From Gammaproteobacteria bacterium (GTDB lineage Bacteria; Pseudomonadota; Gammaproteobacteria; JBNLBB01): a stretch of DNA of 57,954 bases. The stretch is taken from assembly GCA_050302415.1 (NCBI GenBank), contig JBNLBB010000002.1, positions 1-57,954 on the forward strand, written 5' to 3'. The notes beneath the pieces were generated by a model. The model had not been told where the DNA came from. It was given only the letters and a program-made list of their open reading frames with translations, and searched no databases. Positions 32,082-42,167 of this stretch are shown here, piece by piece; position 1 is the first letter of the stretch, and every line of letters starts with the position of its first letter. Both the position numbers and the translations under genes were made by a program.

Positions 32082-33269
32082 TCAGCCCAGCGGCACCACT
32101 TTCCACTCGCCATCCACCGGTAGCAATCGTCGATTGCAGCCCAGCGCCTCAGCCGAATTCTTTTCCCGGCCATGGACCAGCACGACCCTGATCCCCTGCC
32201 TGCGCAGATCGTTCACAGCCTGCCATCCGGATTCATCAGCCGGCCACTCCGCCATCACACCGTCACCGGTCACAGCTTGAATGGTGGTATCCAATGCGGA
32301 CAGGGTCTTCAGGTCAGTACTGAATCCTGTCGCCGGACGCGCCCGGCCGAACACTTCACCGATGGCATCATACCTACCCCCACGCGCCACTTCCTGGCCC
32401 CGGCCAGTGACATAGGCGGCAAACACGGCGCCGGTATGGTAGCGATAGCCGCGCAATTCTGCGAGATCGATGAATATTTCCAGATTCCGATCAGTTGCCA
32501 GGGAACCGACTATCGCTTCCAAATTGTCGATCGCCAGCTGCGCCTCGGGGCATATTGTACCCACGCGCGCGCGCGCCTGATCCAGTACTTCGGCGGTGCC
32601 GTGCAGATCGCTCAAGGTGGCGATCGCCGCACGCAGGTTGGCCCCGATATCGAGGTCGGCCAACAATTTTTGGATTTCCGGGTTCGCCTTGCGCTGAAGT
32701 GCCCCAAACAGCTGGACTTCTGCGCTGCCGCTCAATCCCGCCTGCTCACATAGTGCCCGGAAAATGCCCACATGTCCCAGATCAAGGTGGATATGGACAA
32801 CATGGATTTCCCGCAACAGCGCCAGCATCAGCGAGATCACTTCCGCATCGGCGGAAGGCTCGGGATTGCCATAGAGTTCGGCACCCAATTGGATGGGGGA
32901 GCGGCTGCCACCCATGTCGTCCGGGCGGGTGCGCACTACCGAGCCCATGTAGCACAGTCGGGAAGGCAAATCACTGCGCAGACGGTGCGCATCGATACGG
33001 GCAACCTGGGGCGTCATGTCGGCCCGCACTCCAAGCATCCTGCCGTCCCGCTGGTCCACCAGCTTGAAGGTCAGCAGATCGAGATCCTCTCCGGTTCCCA
33101 CGAGCAGGGACTCCAGATATTCCAGCATCGGCGGAATGACTAGGTCATAGCCCCAGACATCGAAGAGATTGAGCAGGCGACGACGCAACTGCTCCAGGCG
33201 CCTGGCTGGGGCCGGCAGGATCTCTTCGATGCCCTCGGGCAGCATCCACGGTGTATCGACAGGTTTCAT
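32082..33269 (-). CDS. hisZ: ATP phosphoribosyltransferase regulatory subunit HisZ
   Basis: 395 aa. It is a HisRS-like class II core without an anticodon domain (LPEGIEEILP...GVRADMTPQVARI). Confidence 0.88.
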   Translation of the reverse strand: MKPVDTPWMLPEGIEEILPAPARRLEQLRRRLLNLFDVWGYDLVIPPMLEYLESLLVGTGEDLDLLTFKLVDQRDGRMLGVRADMTPQVARIDAHRLRSDLPSRLCYMGSVVRTRPDDMGGSRSPIQLGAELYGNPEPSADAEVISLMLALLREIHVVHIHLDLGHVGIFRALCEQAGLSGSAEVQLFGALQRKANPEIQKLLADLDIGANLRAAIATLSDLHGTAEVLDQARARVGTICPEAQLAIDNLEAIVGSLATDRNLEIFIDLAELRGYRYHTGAVFAAYVTGRGQEVARGGRYDAIGEVFGRARPATGFSTDLKTLSALDTTIQAVTGDGVMAEWPADESGWQAVNDLRRQGIRVVLVHGREKNSAEALGCNRRLLPVDGEWKVVPLG

Positions 33270-33454
33270 CCGTTCACTACATATAGAATCAGCGCACCGG
33301 CGATTAGGCTAAGCAGCCCCACCAGCCGCAATGTACGATCACTCGCCTGTGCAACCACGACCAGAGACTGGCGGAACGCCTGCGGATTGATGGCGGGAAA
33401 AACCCCCTCAATCACCAGCAGCAAAGCGGTAGCCACCCAAAGATCATGCCACAT
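33266..33454 (-). CDS. DUF2065 family small membrane protein (YjeT-like)
   Basis: 62 aa with two hydrophobic helices. It occupies the yjeT position between hflC and purA/hisZ. Confidence 0.75.
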   Translation of the reverse strand: MWHDLWVATALLLVIEGVFPAINPQAFRQSLVVVAQASDRTLRLVGLLSLIAGALILYVVNG

Positions 33455-33473
33455 TGAAGCCCATACCCTCTCG

Positions 33474-33517
33474 CAAAAACGACCCGGGGCAGGCGGAGAC
33501 CTCCGCCATGTCCCGGG
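33474..33517 (-). terminator. Intrinsic terminator/attenuator after hflC
   Basis: Minus-strand nested hairpin CCCGGGacatGGCGGAggtcTCCGCCtgCCCCGGG followed by UCGUUUUU. Confidence 0.55.
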
Positions 33518-33571
33518 CCGGGATGTTATATCAGCAGATGCCCGGCCAAAAGCTTTGGCCGGACCGACTCT

Positions 33572-34432
33572 CTATTTGATCTTCTTGAAATGCTGGAAAA
33601 ATTGGCTGTCCGGCTCGACCAGCAGGATGTCGTTATTGTTGGAAAATATGTTTTTGTATGCGTTCAGTGAGCGGTACAGGCTGTAGAAATCGGGATTTTC
33701 GTTGAATGCCGTGGCATAGGTATCGGCAGCCACCGCATCGCCTTCACCACGCACCCGCTCTGAATCCCGGTAGGCCTCTGCCAGCAGAATGGTCCTTTGG
33801 CGGTCCGCGTCGGCACGGATGCGCTCTGCCGCTTCGGCACCTCTGGAGCGGAAATCCTGCGACACCCGGGCCCGCTCAGCCTCCATACGGCGGTAGACGG
33901 ACGTACTCACTTCCAGGGGGAGGTCGATGCGTTTCACGCGTACATCCACCACACCGATGCCCAGTTGGCTCCCTTCGCGGGCCAATGCATCCGTAATAAT
34001 GGACATCACCTGGGTGCGCTCACCGGATACCACCTCGCGGATGTCCCGCTTGGAAAACTCGCTGCGCAGACCATCCTTCACAATCTGGTCGAGACGCAGA
34101 TTGGCGGAAGCGTAGTCCCCGGCAACCGCAGTATAGAAGCGGGTCACATTCTCGATGCGCCACTTGACGAACGCATCCACGATCACGTTTTTCTTTTCAC
34201 TGGTCAGATAACGCTCTGGTTGGGCATCAAGGGTCTGGATCCGACCATCAAATTTCCGCACATTGTTCACAATGGGGATCATCAGGTGAATACCCGGTTC
34301 GAAATCCGCGCGGACCACCTCACCCAACTGGAAGAGGATCGCCTTTTCGCGCTCGTCGACCGTAAACACGGAGAAATAGCCGATGAAGGCCAGCACCGCG
34401 ATGAGGACAACGGCAATAACTTTCTTGTCCAT
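33572..34432 (-). CDS. hflC: FtsH modulator HflC
   Basis: 286 aa, an SPFH/band-7 domain protein downstream of hflK. Confidence 0.94.
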   Translation of the reverse strand: MDKKVIAVVLIAVLAFIGYFSVFTVDEREKAILFQLGEVVRADFEPGIHLMIPIVNNVRKFDGRIQTLDAQPERYLTSEKKNVIVDAFVKWRIENVTRFYTAVAGDYASANLRLDQIVKDGLRSEFSKRDIREVVSGERTQVMSIITDALAREGSQLGIGVVDVRVKRIDLPLEVSTSVYRRMEAERARVSQDFRSRGAEAAERIRADADRQRTILLAEAYRDSERVRGEGDAVAADTYATAFNENPDFYSLYRSLNAYKNIFSNNNDILLVEPDSQFFQHFKKIK

Positions 34433-35652
34433 CAGCGAATCCTCCGCGAGCGTTGGTCGTCCCGGGCATCCGGGATATCAGGCACGTTTGGCAGTGACGA
34501 CCCGCCGCTCCCGCCAACAGCGCCACCACTGTCGCGATTGATCCGGGGCACGGCACCGGCGGCCTGCATCATCTTGTCCAGCGGTAGGTAGAGCAGGTTG
34601 TTGCCATCTTTGATGTCCACGACCACCTTGCTGGTGTTGGCCAGCACCGATTCCAGGGCATCGATATAGAGGCGCTCACCGGTAACTCTTGGTGCCTTCT
34701 CATACTCGCCCAACAGTTTCTGAAAGCGCACCGCGTCACCCTCTGCCTGGGCGATCACCTGCTCTTTATAGGCATCGGCTTCCTGAAGGATACGGGCCGC
34801 GGCACCCCGGGCACGGGGCACGATATCGTTGGCGTAGGCTTCGGCCTCGTTTTTCAGGCGCTGTTCGTCCTCGCGGGCCTTGATGGCATCGGCAAAGGCA
34901 CCCTGTACCTCTTCCGGGGGCTGAGCATCCTGCAGATTCACATTGATGACCTGAAGGCCACTTTGGTATTGGTCAAGAATTCCCTGGACCACCCGCATGG
35001 TATTGGCCACCACTTCGGCGCGCCCTTCACCCAGCACAAAATCCATCCGGCTCTTCCCTACAACTTCGCGAATGGCGCTCTCGGCGGCCGATTTCAAGGT
35101 CTCGTCTGGATCGCGGATGTTGAACAGATAGAACTTCGGATTGTTGATCTGGTACTGAACGGCAAGCCGCACATCCACAATGTTCTCGTCTTCGGTCAGC
35201 ATCAGCGCTTCTCTGGGGACGGAACTGCTGCCGCCTCCCCGCTGTGAACTCCGGTATCCGATCTCCACAAAACGGCGGGTCTCGATATCCACGATTTCAA
35301 CCCGCTCAATCGGTGCCGGAATGTGCCAGTGCGGTCCCGGCTGGGTGGTTTCGGTATAGCGCCCGAAGCGCAATTCAATGCCCCGCTTGCCTTCGTCGAC
35401 AATGTAGATGCCACTGATCAGCCACACGGCGATCACGATAATCGCAATCAGCCCAATGCCACCCGAAGTCATGCGGCTTGGACCGCCCGAACCCGATCCA
35501 CCCGATCGCGAACCACCCTTTTTACCAAACAGGCCACCGAATTTTCCCTGAACGTTCTTCAGAATCTCGTCCAGATCAGGTGGGCCCTGCTCGTTGTCGC
35601 GACCGGACCAAGGATCTTTGTCCTTACCGCCGCCCGGTTCATTCCAGGCCAT
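34432..35652 (-). CDS. hflK: FtsH modulator HflK
   Basis: 406 aa, MAWNEPGGGKDKDPW start, Gly-rich N-terminus, one TM helix and an SPFH domain. Confidence 0.94.
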   Translation of the reverse strand: MAWNEPGGGKDKDPWSGRDNEQGPPDLDEILKNVQGKFGGLFGKKGGSRSGGSGSGGPSRMTSGGIGLIAIIVIAVWLISGIYIVDEGKRGIELRFGRYTETTQPGPHWHIPAPIERVEIVDIETRRFVEIGYRSSQRGGGSSSVPREALMLTEDENIVDVRLAVQYQINNPKFYLFNIRDPDETLKSAAESAIREVVGKSRMDFVLGEGRAEVVANTMRVVQGILDQYQSGLQVINVNLQDAQPPEEVQGAFADAIKAREDEQRLKNEAEAYANDIVPRARGAAARILQEADAYKEQVIAQAEGDAVRFQKLLGEYEKAPRVTGERLYIDALESVLANTSKVVVDIKDGNNLLYLPLDKMMQAAGAVPRINRDSGGAVGGSGGSSLPNVPDIPDARDDQRSRRIR

Positions 35653-35727
35653 AGTGCATCTCCAGATTCATACCAAATATTTGCGAATGGGGGATTTTAT
35701 GTAAGCAGGCCCCCGGGAACAAGAAAG

Positions 35728-37011
35728 TCAGCCCAAATGCAGCACGCCAAACTCCTTGTCACCCCGTAGTTTGTCCAGCTGCGTCTGTTTGAGTTCGATA
35801 TCCAGCTCGATTTCCCCACTCTCCGTGGTGCGCTCGGACCGAACTTTACCCACCGCATACAGCCTGGCCCGCAGCCTTCCCGCACTGGATGGCAGCACCA
35901 CTCGGTGGCGGATCACATCGGGTGACAGGTACTCGTCCACGGCCTGATAGAGCAGATCAAGCCCCGCCCCGGTTCGCGCCGAGAGCCAAACCCGGACCGG
36001 ACGACCTTCAGCATTGCGATCAATTCTGGGGGGCTCATCCGCCAGCAGGTCGATCTTGTTGTAGACCTCGATCTGCGGTAATTCCGATGCGCCGATCTCC
36101 CGCAGCACCTCGTTGACCTTGTCCCGGATATCCAGGCGCTCGGGATCAGAGGCATCGACGACGTGGAGCAACACCGTGGCCTCGGTGGCCTCCAGCAGTG
36201 TAGCCCGAAAGGCCGCAATCAGTTCGTGAGGCAGATTACGGACAAATCCCACAGTATCGGCAAACACCACGGTACCGGCCCGCGGCAGTGCAAATCGTCG
36301 TAAGGTGGGGTCCAGCGTGGCAAAAAGTTGGTTGGCCGCATAGACACCGGCGCCCGTGGCTAGGTTGAACAGGGTCGATTTGCCAGCATTCGTATAACCC
36401 ACAAGGGAGACCGTCGGCAGTTCCGCCTTCATGCGCGCACGGCGCCCCTGCGTCCGCTGGCGCTCAATACGCTCCAGGCGCTTGTGCAACGCCTTGACCC
36501 TTTGCGCCAACAGGCGTCGGTCTGTTTCCAGCTGGGTTTCGCCCGGACCGCGCAGGCCGATCCCGCCCTTCTGCCGTTCAAGGTGGGTCCAGCCGCGAAC
36601 CAGACGGGTGCTCAGGTGCTGGAGCTGTGCCAGCTCAACCTGCAGTTTCCCTTCAAACGATCGCGCCCTCTGAGAAAATATGTCTAATATCAACGTGTTA
36701 CGATCCAGCACGCGACACTGCAGGACACGTTCGATATTTCGCTCCTGGCTGGGAGAGAGGGGATGATCGAAAATGACGAGATCAGCTTCGTGGCTGACGA
36801 CGTGATCGCGCAGTTCATCCAGCTTGCCACTGCCGACAAAATAGCGCGCGTCCGGCGCCGCCCGCGAGCCACGGACGACGGCCACGACATCGACACCCGC
36901 CGACTCGGCAAGGAGGCGAAACTCGTCGATGTCGTCCGCAGTGCGATCGTGACCGATTTCGATGCACGCCAGTACGGCACGCTCGAACGCGCTATCGGGA
37001 CGCTCAAACAT
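35728..37011 (-). CDS. hflX: GTPase HflX
   Basis: 427 aa with G1 motif GYTNAGKST, DTVGF and NKID motifs. It is downstream of hfq. Confidence 0.95.
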   Translation of the reverse strand: MFERPDSAFERAVLACIEIGHDRTADDIDEFRLLAESAGVDVVAVVRGSRAAPDARYFVGSGKLDELRDHVVSHEADLVIFDHPLSPSQERNIERVLQCRVLDRNTLILDIFSQRARSFEGKLQVELAQLQHLSTRLVRGWTHLERQKGGIGLRGPGETQLETDRRLLAQRVKALHKRLERIERQRTQGRRARMKAELPTVSLVGYTNAGKSTLFNLATGAGVYAANQLFATLDPTLRRFALPRAGTVVFADTVGFVRNLPHELIAAFRATLLEATEATVLLHVVDASDPERLDIRDKVNEVLREIGASELPQIEVYNKIDLLADEPPRIDRNAEGRPVRVWLSARTGAGLDLLYQAVDEYLSPDVIRHRVVLPSSAGRLRARLYAVGKVRSERTTESGEIELDIELKQTQLDKLRGDKEFGVLHLG

Positions 37012-37040
37012 GGCGTCCCAATCCTGGCGGAGAATCGATG

Positions 37041-37298
37041 CTAGATATTTCCGGGTTCAGGTTGGCCGTCAGCGTTGTTGGGCCCGGGCAGGCGCACATT
37101 GCGGGCAGGCACCACTGTGGAAATCGCATGCTTGTAAACCATTTGGCTTACGCTGTTTTTCAGCAGGACCACAAACTGGTCAAATGATTCGATCTGACCC
37201 TGTAGCTTGATTCCATTCACCAGGTAAATCGAAACGGGAACTCGTTCCTTGCGCAACTGGTTCAAGAAAGGGTCTTGTAACATCTGCCCTTTAGACAT
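37041..37298 (-). CDS. hfq: RNA chaperone Hfq
   Basis: 85 aa. [46 protein letters not shown] carries the Sm1/Sm2 motifs. Confidence 0.98.
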   Translation of the reverse strand: MSKGQMLQDPFLNQLRKERVPVSIYLVNGIKLQGQIESFDQFVVLLKNSVSQMVYKHAISTVVPARNVRLPGPNNADGQPEPGNI

Positions 37299-37405
37299 CT
37301 AAATGACTCCTTATTGTTGGAATTGAGCAATTGCTGCACGCGCAATACCAATAAATATCAAAAATGAACTACCAAAAAGGTCAGGTAAGTCTAGCACAAG
37401 GCTTT

Positions 37406-38365
37406 TCAACTTCGCCCTTTGGCCAAAAAATCAGCCACAAGTTCCCAAAGTTCGGACTCGCCCCCCGGGACTGTCGGGTCGATCCAGCGTGCATCGGTAT
37501 CGGCCCTGAGCCACGTCAACTGGCGCTTGGCCAATTGTCGGGTGGCAATAATACCCCTATCGCGCATCTCCGGAAATGACAATTTTCCATCCAGATAGGC
37601 CCAAACCTGACGATAGCCCACAGCGCGCATGGAAGGGAGGTCGGCATGCAAATCTCCGCGATTCCTCAAGCAGGTGACTTCGTCCAGAAATCCTGCCTCG
37701 AGCATGGCATCGAATCGCAAGGCGATGCGCTGATGCAACAGGGATCGATCGGGCGGCGAGACCACCAGCGGCAGGAGTTGATACCCCAACCGTTCGCCAT
37801 CACCCACCCTCTGCAGTTCGCTGAGCGGCCGTCCCGTGAGTTCGAAGACTTCCAATGCCCGCTGGATTCGCTGCGGATCGTTGGGATGAATCCGGGCTGC
37901 CGCAGGCGGATCGATCTGCGCCAATCGTGCGTGCATCTGTGCCGACCCCAGGCGCTGTAGATCGGACTCCAGGCGGGCTCGCAGCGGCGCATCGGCCTGA
38001 GGCAGCTGGGCCAATCCACCGCGCAGTGCCCGGTAGTAGAGCATAGTCCCGCCGACCAGCAACGGTATGCGCCCGCGGTTCCGGATCGCCTCCATTTCGC
38101 GCAACGCATCGGCGCAGAAACGCCCGGCTGAGTAGGTTTCAGCCGGATCGAGAATATTGACCAGCCGGTGGGGATAACGCTGCAACAGGTCCGGCGAAGG
38201 TTTTGCCGTGCCGATATCCATCTCCCGATAGACCAGGGCGGAATCCACACTGATCAGATCCACCGGATAACGGTCCGCCAGCCGCATGGCCCAGTCGGTC
38301 TTGCCTGCGGCCGTCGGGCCCATGAGCAGAATCGCCGGCGGCAGATTTTCCGGGTTGCTCCGCAC
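37406..38365 (-). CDS. miaA: tRNA dimethylallyltransferase MiaA
   Basis: P-loop [10 protein letters not shown] followed by [24 protein letters not shown] 38365 (319 aa, 8 nt after the mutL stop) matches the E. coli N-terminal spacing. ATG 38449 is an alternative start, and the track start 38731 is spurious. Confidence 0.9.
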   Translation of the reverse strand: MRSNPENLPPAILLMGPTAAGKTDWAMRLADRYPVDLISVDSALVYREMDIGTAKPSPDLLQRYPHRLVNILDPAETYSAGRFCADALREMEAIRNRGRIPLLVGGTMLYYRALRGGLAQLPQADAPLRARLESDLQRLGSAQMHARLAQIDPPAAARIHPNDPQRIQRALEVFELTGRPLSELQRVGDGERLGYQLLPLVVSPPDRSLLHQRIALRFDAMLEAGFLDEVTCLRNRGDLHADLPSMRAVGYRQVWAYLDGKLSFPEMRDRGIIATRQLAKRQLTWLRADTDARWIDPTVPGGESELWELVADFLAKGRS

Positions 38366-38373
38366 CTGATTGA

Positions 38374-40179
38374 TTACCGGCCGCGCAGGAAAAGCCGGTC
38401 CAATTCCGACCAGCCAATCTCCACCCAGGTGGGTCGCCCGTGGCTGCATTGTGCTGCCCTGGGTGTCTGCTCGAGCTGGCGCAGCAGACCGTTCATCTGC
38501 GCAATGGAGAGCGGTTGATTGGCCCGCACCGCGCTGTGGCAGGCCATCCGCGACAGCACCTCGTTCAGCTCTGTGTCCACCCGACTGCTGCGCCTGAAAC
38601 TGGACAGGTCGGAGACCACATCGCGCACCAGGGCAGCGACATCCACGTCGACCAGTGGCGCAGGCACCTGATCGACCATGACCGACTCGGGACCGGTGCG
38701 CCGCACTTCCAAGCCGAGACGCATGAACCACTCAATCTGCGACTCCACCAGTTCCGCCTCCGCCGGGCTCACCCTTACTGTGACCGGAACCAGAAGACGC
38801 TGAACGGCAATACCGTTGCGCTCCCACCCCTCGCGCAGCTGTTCGTGCACCACCCGCTCGTGGGCGGCATGCGCATCCACCAGAATCAGGCCCCGGGCAT
38901 TCCGGGACAGAATGAACGCGCCATTCAGATGTGCCAACGCATAGCCCAGGGGTGGCCCATCCGCAGATCCGACGGCAACTGGCGGTGGTGTTTGCGCAGC
39001 CGGTTCCGATTCCCGCGTCGCTGAGTCACCCACGGAATAGAAGCGGTCCACGGGCTCACCGACACCCAGCGGTTGTTGTCGTGGAATGGAGGCGGAATAT
39101 CCAGTGGGACCGGGTGCACGCTGCGGAGCCGATGGCGGGTATGCCGAATCAAGGCCGGCAGCTGATGTCACGGGTGTCGGGCGGTGATCGGCGATCGCCT
39201 GCTTGATCCGGCTGCGCACGAAATCGTGGACCGTCCTGGCATCACGAAACCGGACCTCGTGCTTGGTCGGATGCACGTTCACATCCACGGTTGCGGGATC
39301 AACCGCCAGGTAGAGGACGTAGGCAGGTTGCCGGCTGTAGTGCAGCACATCTTCGTAGGCCTGGCGTACGGCGTGCGCCAGCAGCCTGTCACGGACCATG
39401 CGCCCATTGACAAACAGGTATTGGAGATCGGCCTGACTCCTGGAAAAGGCGGGCTTTGCCACCCACCCCTTCAGTGACAGCCGGTCTGCGGCAAACTCAA
39501 GGTGCAGCGCGTGCTCCAGAAATTCTCGGCCCAATAGGGAGGCCAGCCGCCGCTCCTGCGCCAGACGATCGGTGGCTGCCATCACCTCCAAAGTCTTTTT
39601 GCCATTGTGCTGCAGACTGAACGCCACATCGAACCGGCTGAGCGCGAGACGCCGCACCACACCCTCGGCATGGCTGAATTCGGTCCGCTCGGTTTTCAGG
39701 AATTTGCGCCTGGCCGGAACGTTGAAAAAGAGGTCGCGGACCTCCATGGTGGTTCCGGGTGGATGGGACGCCGGGGCGGGATCGGGCAGTTCGCCGCTGG
39801 GTTCGCCGACCAGTTCCCACGCGTGTTCCGCGGTTTGGGTGCGTGACACCAGGCGCATCCGCGATACCGAATTGATACTCGGCAGGGCTTCACCGCGGAA
39901 GCCCAGACTGCAAACGGCACTGAGATCGTCCAGCGAGGTGATCTTGCTGGTGGCATGGCGGGCAACGGCCAGTTTGAGTTCATCCACCGGTATGCCACCG
40001 CCATCATCTCGAATCCGGATCAGCGATACCCCCCCCTGTTCCAGACTGACGTCTACCGACCGGGCCCCGGCATCCAAGGCGTTCTCCAGCAGCTCTTTGA
40101 CCACGGAAGCCGGCCGCTCGACCACTTCGCCGGCCGCTATCTGGTTGACGAGTTGGGTGGGCAGTCGTTGGATGGGCAT
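38374..40179 (-). CDS. mutL: DNA mismatch repair endonuclease MutL
   Basis: 601 aa. The GHKL ATPase N-terminus reads [38 protein letters not shown]. Confidence 0.96.
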   Translation of the reverse strand: MPIQRLPTQLVNQIAAGEVVERPASVVKELLENALDAGARSVDVSLEQGGVSLIRIRDDGGGIPVDELKLAVARHATSKITSLDDLSAVCSLGFRGEALPSINSVSRMRLVSRTQTAEHAWELVGEPSGELPDPAPASHPPGTTMEVRDLFFNVPARRKFLKTERTEFSHAEGVVRRLALSRFDVAFSLQHNGKKTLEVMAATDRLAQERRLASLLGREFLEHALHLEFAADRLSLKGWVAKPAFSRSQADLQYLFVNGRMVRDRLLAHAVRQAYEDVLHYSRQPAYVLYLAVDPATVDVNVHPTKHEVRFRDARTVHDFVRSRIKQAIADHRPTPVTSAAGLDSAYPPSAPQRAPGPTGYSASIPRQQPLGVGEPVDRFYSVGDSATRESEPAAQTPPPVAVGSADGPPLGYALAHLNGAFILSRNARGLILVDAHAAHERVVHEQLREGWERNGIAVQRLLVPVTVRVSPAEAELVESQIEWFMRLGLEVRRTGPESVMVDQVPAPLVDVDVAALVRDVVSDLSSFRRSSRVDTELNEVLSRMACHSAVRANQPLSIAQMNGLLRQLEQTPRAAQCSHGRPTWVEIGWSELDRLFLRGR

Positions 40180-40251
40180 GCAGCTGGCGAATCCGGGCAG
40201 TGGAAGATCGCCGCATTATACGGCCTGCCCCGGTTCCTACCAGCAAGGACG

Positions 40252-41553
40252 CTAAAGCGGTATATCCAGGGTTTTACCGACGTGAAGGGTATCGCCGCGC
40301 AACCCATTGGCCGCGCGAAGCGCCTGCAGGCTGACGTTGAACTGGGCGGCGATACCGGACAGGGTATCGCCACGTTTGATGACATGTTTGTTGCCGTAGC
40401 TGTTGGCGGCAAACTTGGTCCCGGGCAGCTGGCTCTGCGAAAAGTAGTCGCGGATACCGCTGAAGATAGCCTGGGCCATCTTGCTCTGGTGGCGGGCGCT
40501 GCGCAGATTTTCCTCCTCGGAGGGGTTGGAGATGAACGCAGTTTCCACCAGCATGGAGGGAATATCCGGTGATTTGAGAACCACAAAACCGGCCTGTTCC
40601 ACCTTGCGCTTGTGGACCTTGCCCACGCCGCGGAGATGGCGCAGCACCAGATCACCGGCCTCCAGGCTTTCGACAATGGTGGCAGTCTGGGAAAGATCGA
40701 GTAGCACAGTCTTGACCAGATCATCCTTGTCTTCGAGGCTGACACCACCGATCAGGTCCGACGCGTTTTCCTGCTCCGCCAGCCAGGCGGCGGTTTCGGA
40801 CACCTGGGCTTTGCTGGGGGCCAGCACCCACACTGACGATCCACGGGCGCGCTTGTCGTGAAAGGCGTCGGCATGCAGCGACACGAACAGATCGGCACGG
40901 TGCTGACGGGCCTTTTCAATGCGCTTGCGCAATCCTATGAAGTAGTCTCCGTCCCGGATCATCACCGGTCTCATGCCACGCTGCGCCTCCACTTCCTGGT
41001 AGAGTTTACGGGCCAGCGCCAGCACCACATCCTTTTCGCGGGTACCACGATGGCCGATTGCCCCCGGGTCTTCCCCACCATGCCCGGCATCGATGGCGAT
41101 GACGATGTCACGCTGTGATTTGTCCGGGGGAACCTGGGCCTGCGTAATCCGGGGCGCAGCCTCTTGGCCCTCGGAGACATAGAGATCGACCACTAAACGG
41201 TGACCATACTTGGCATTGGGTTTGAGCAGAAAACTCTTGGGTCGGACCTTGCGCTTCAGGTCCAGGACCACGCGCAGGGTACCGTTGCTCCGGGCCGCAC
41301 TGCGAATGCGTTCCAGCACCTGATCGGTGGCGCCAGGTTGCTCGGCCACGGCTTCCAACCCGGCAGCCTGCAGATCAATGACCACCCGTTCGGGATTGTG
41401 CAAAGTGAACAGCTTGTGTTCCACGCCATCCGTCAGATCAAACACCACCCGGGTGTTGTCGGGAGCCGCCCATAGCCGCACACCTTCGACTTTGGCGTCT
41501 GCCATGGCCAAAACCGGGGTAAAAAACAGCAAAATGATCAGAAATTTTCGCAT
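40252..41553 (-). CDS. amiB: N-acetylmuramoyl-L-alanine amidase (AMIN + Amidase_3 + LysM)
   Basis: 433 aa. It has a signal peptide, an AMIN domain, the amidase_3 core (IAIDAGHGGEDPGA...SLHADA) and a C-terminal LysM (HVIKRGDTLSGIAAQF). It sits in the tsaE-amiB-mutL position. Confidence 0.9.
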   Translation of the reverse strand: MRKFLIILLFFTPVLAMADAKVEGVRLWAAPDNTRVVFDLTDGVEHKLFTLHNPERVVIDLQAAGLEAVAEQPGATDQVLERIRSAARSNGTLRVVLDLKRKVRPKSFLLKPNAKYGHRLVVDLYVSEGQEAAPRITQAQVPPDKSQRDIVIAIDAGHGGEDPGAIGHRGTREKDVVLALARKLYQEVEAQRGMRPVMIRDGDYFIGLRKRIEKARQHRADLFVSLHADAFHDKRARGSSVWVLAPSKAQVSETAAWLAEQENASDLIGGVSLEDKDDLVKTVLLDLSQTATIVESLEAGDLVLRHLRGVGKVHKRKVEQAGFVVLKSPDIPSMLVETAFISNPSEEENLRSARHQSKMAQAIFSGIRDYFSQSQLPGTKFAANSYGNKHVIKRGDTLSGIAAQFNVSLQALRAANGLRGDTLHVGKTLDIPL

Positions 41554-41714
41554 CGGCAGCTTGCGGATCTCCTGTCTCCAGTGCTTTTATGGCACAGGAA
41601 TCAGGGAAAATCAACTTTTTTACTTAAATATCTGCTAGATAGGAAACTATTCTATAAACCACCTAAGGTGTGGGATTTATTCTGTTACCCGGAGGGTCCG
41701 CTTCCGCGGGTCGG

Positions 41715-42167
41715 TCACTCAAGGGCAATGCCGTCCAGCGGCCGCTGGCCTGTGAGCTGCGCAATCCGTCCGCCGCTCCCGCGGTACTCCAACACCACTT
41801 CAAGGTTGGCCTTCGGCAGCTCACCCGTGCCATGTTCGGGCCACTCAACCAGCACCAATCCCTGCCCGTTCAGAAACTCCCGCAGGCCGATATAGGCCAG
41901 TTCCTCCGGATCCTTGAGGCGATAGAGATCGAGATGAGCCACCGGCAACACTGGCAGCTCGTAGGTCTCGATCAGGGTATAGGTGGGACTCTTCACTGGC
42001 CCGGCATGCCCAAGCGCCTGCATGAGGCCGCGCGCCAGCGTGGTTTTTCCCGCACCCAGATCGCCTTTCAGATAAATGATGTCACCCGGCTGAATCCAGC
42101 GCCCGACCGCGGCACCAAGCGCTTCGGTCGCCTCGCTACTGCCCAGGTCCAAGATCATTTTGTTCAC
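41715..42167 (-). CDS. tsaE: tRNA t6A37 biosynthesis ATPase TsaE
   Basis: 150 aa with P-loop GDLGAGKTT, followed by SPTYTL and HLDLYRL motifs. Confidence 0.93.
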   Translation of the reverse strand: MNKMILDLGSSEATEALGAAVGRWIQPGDIIYLKGDLGAGKTTLARGLMQALGHAGPVKSPTYTLIETYELPVLPVAHLDLYRLKDPEELAYIGLREFLNGQGLVLVEWPEHGTGELPKANLEVVLEYRGSGGRIAQLTGQRPLDGIALE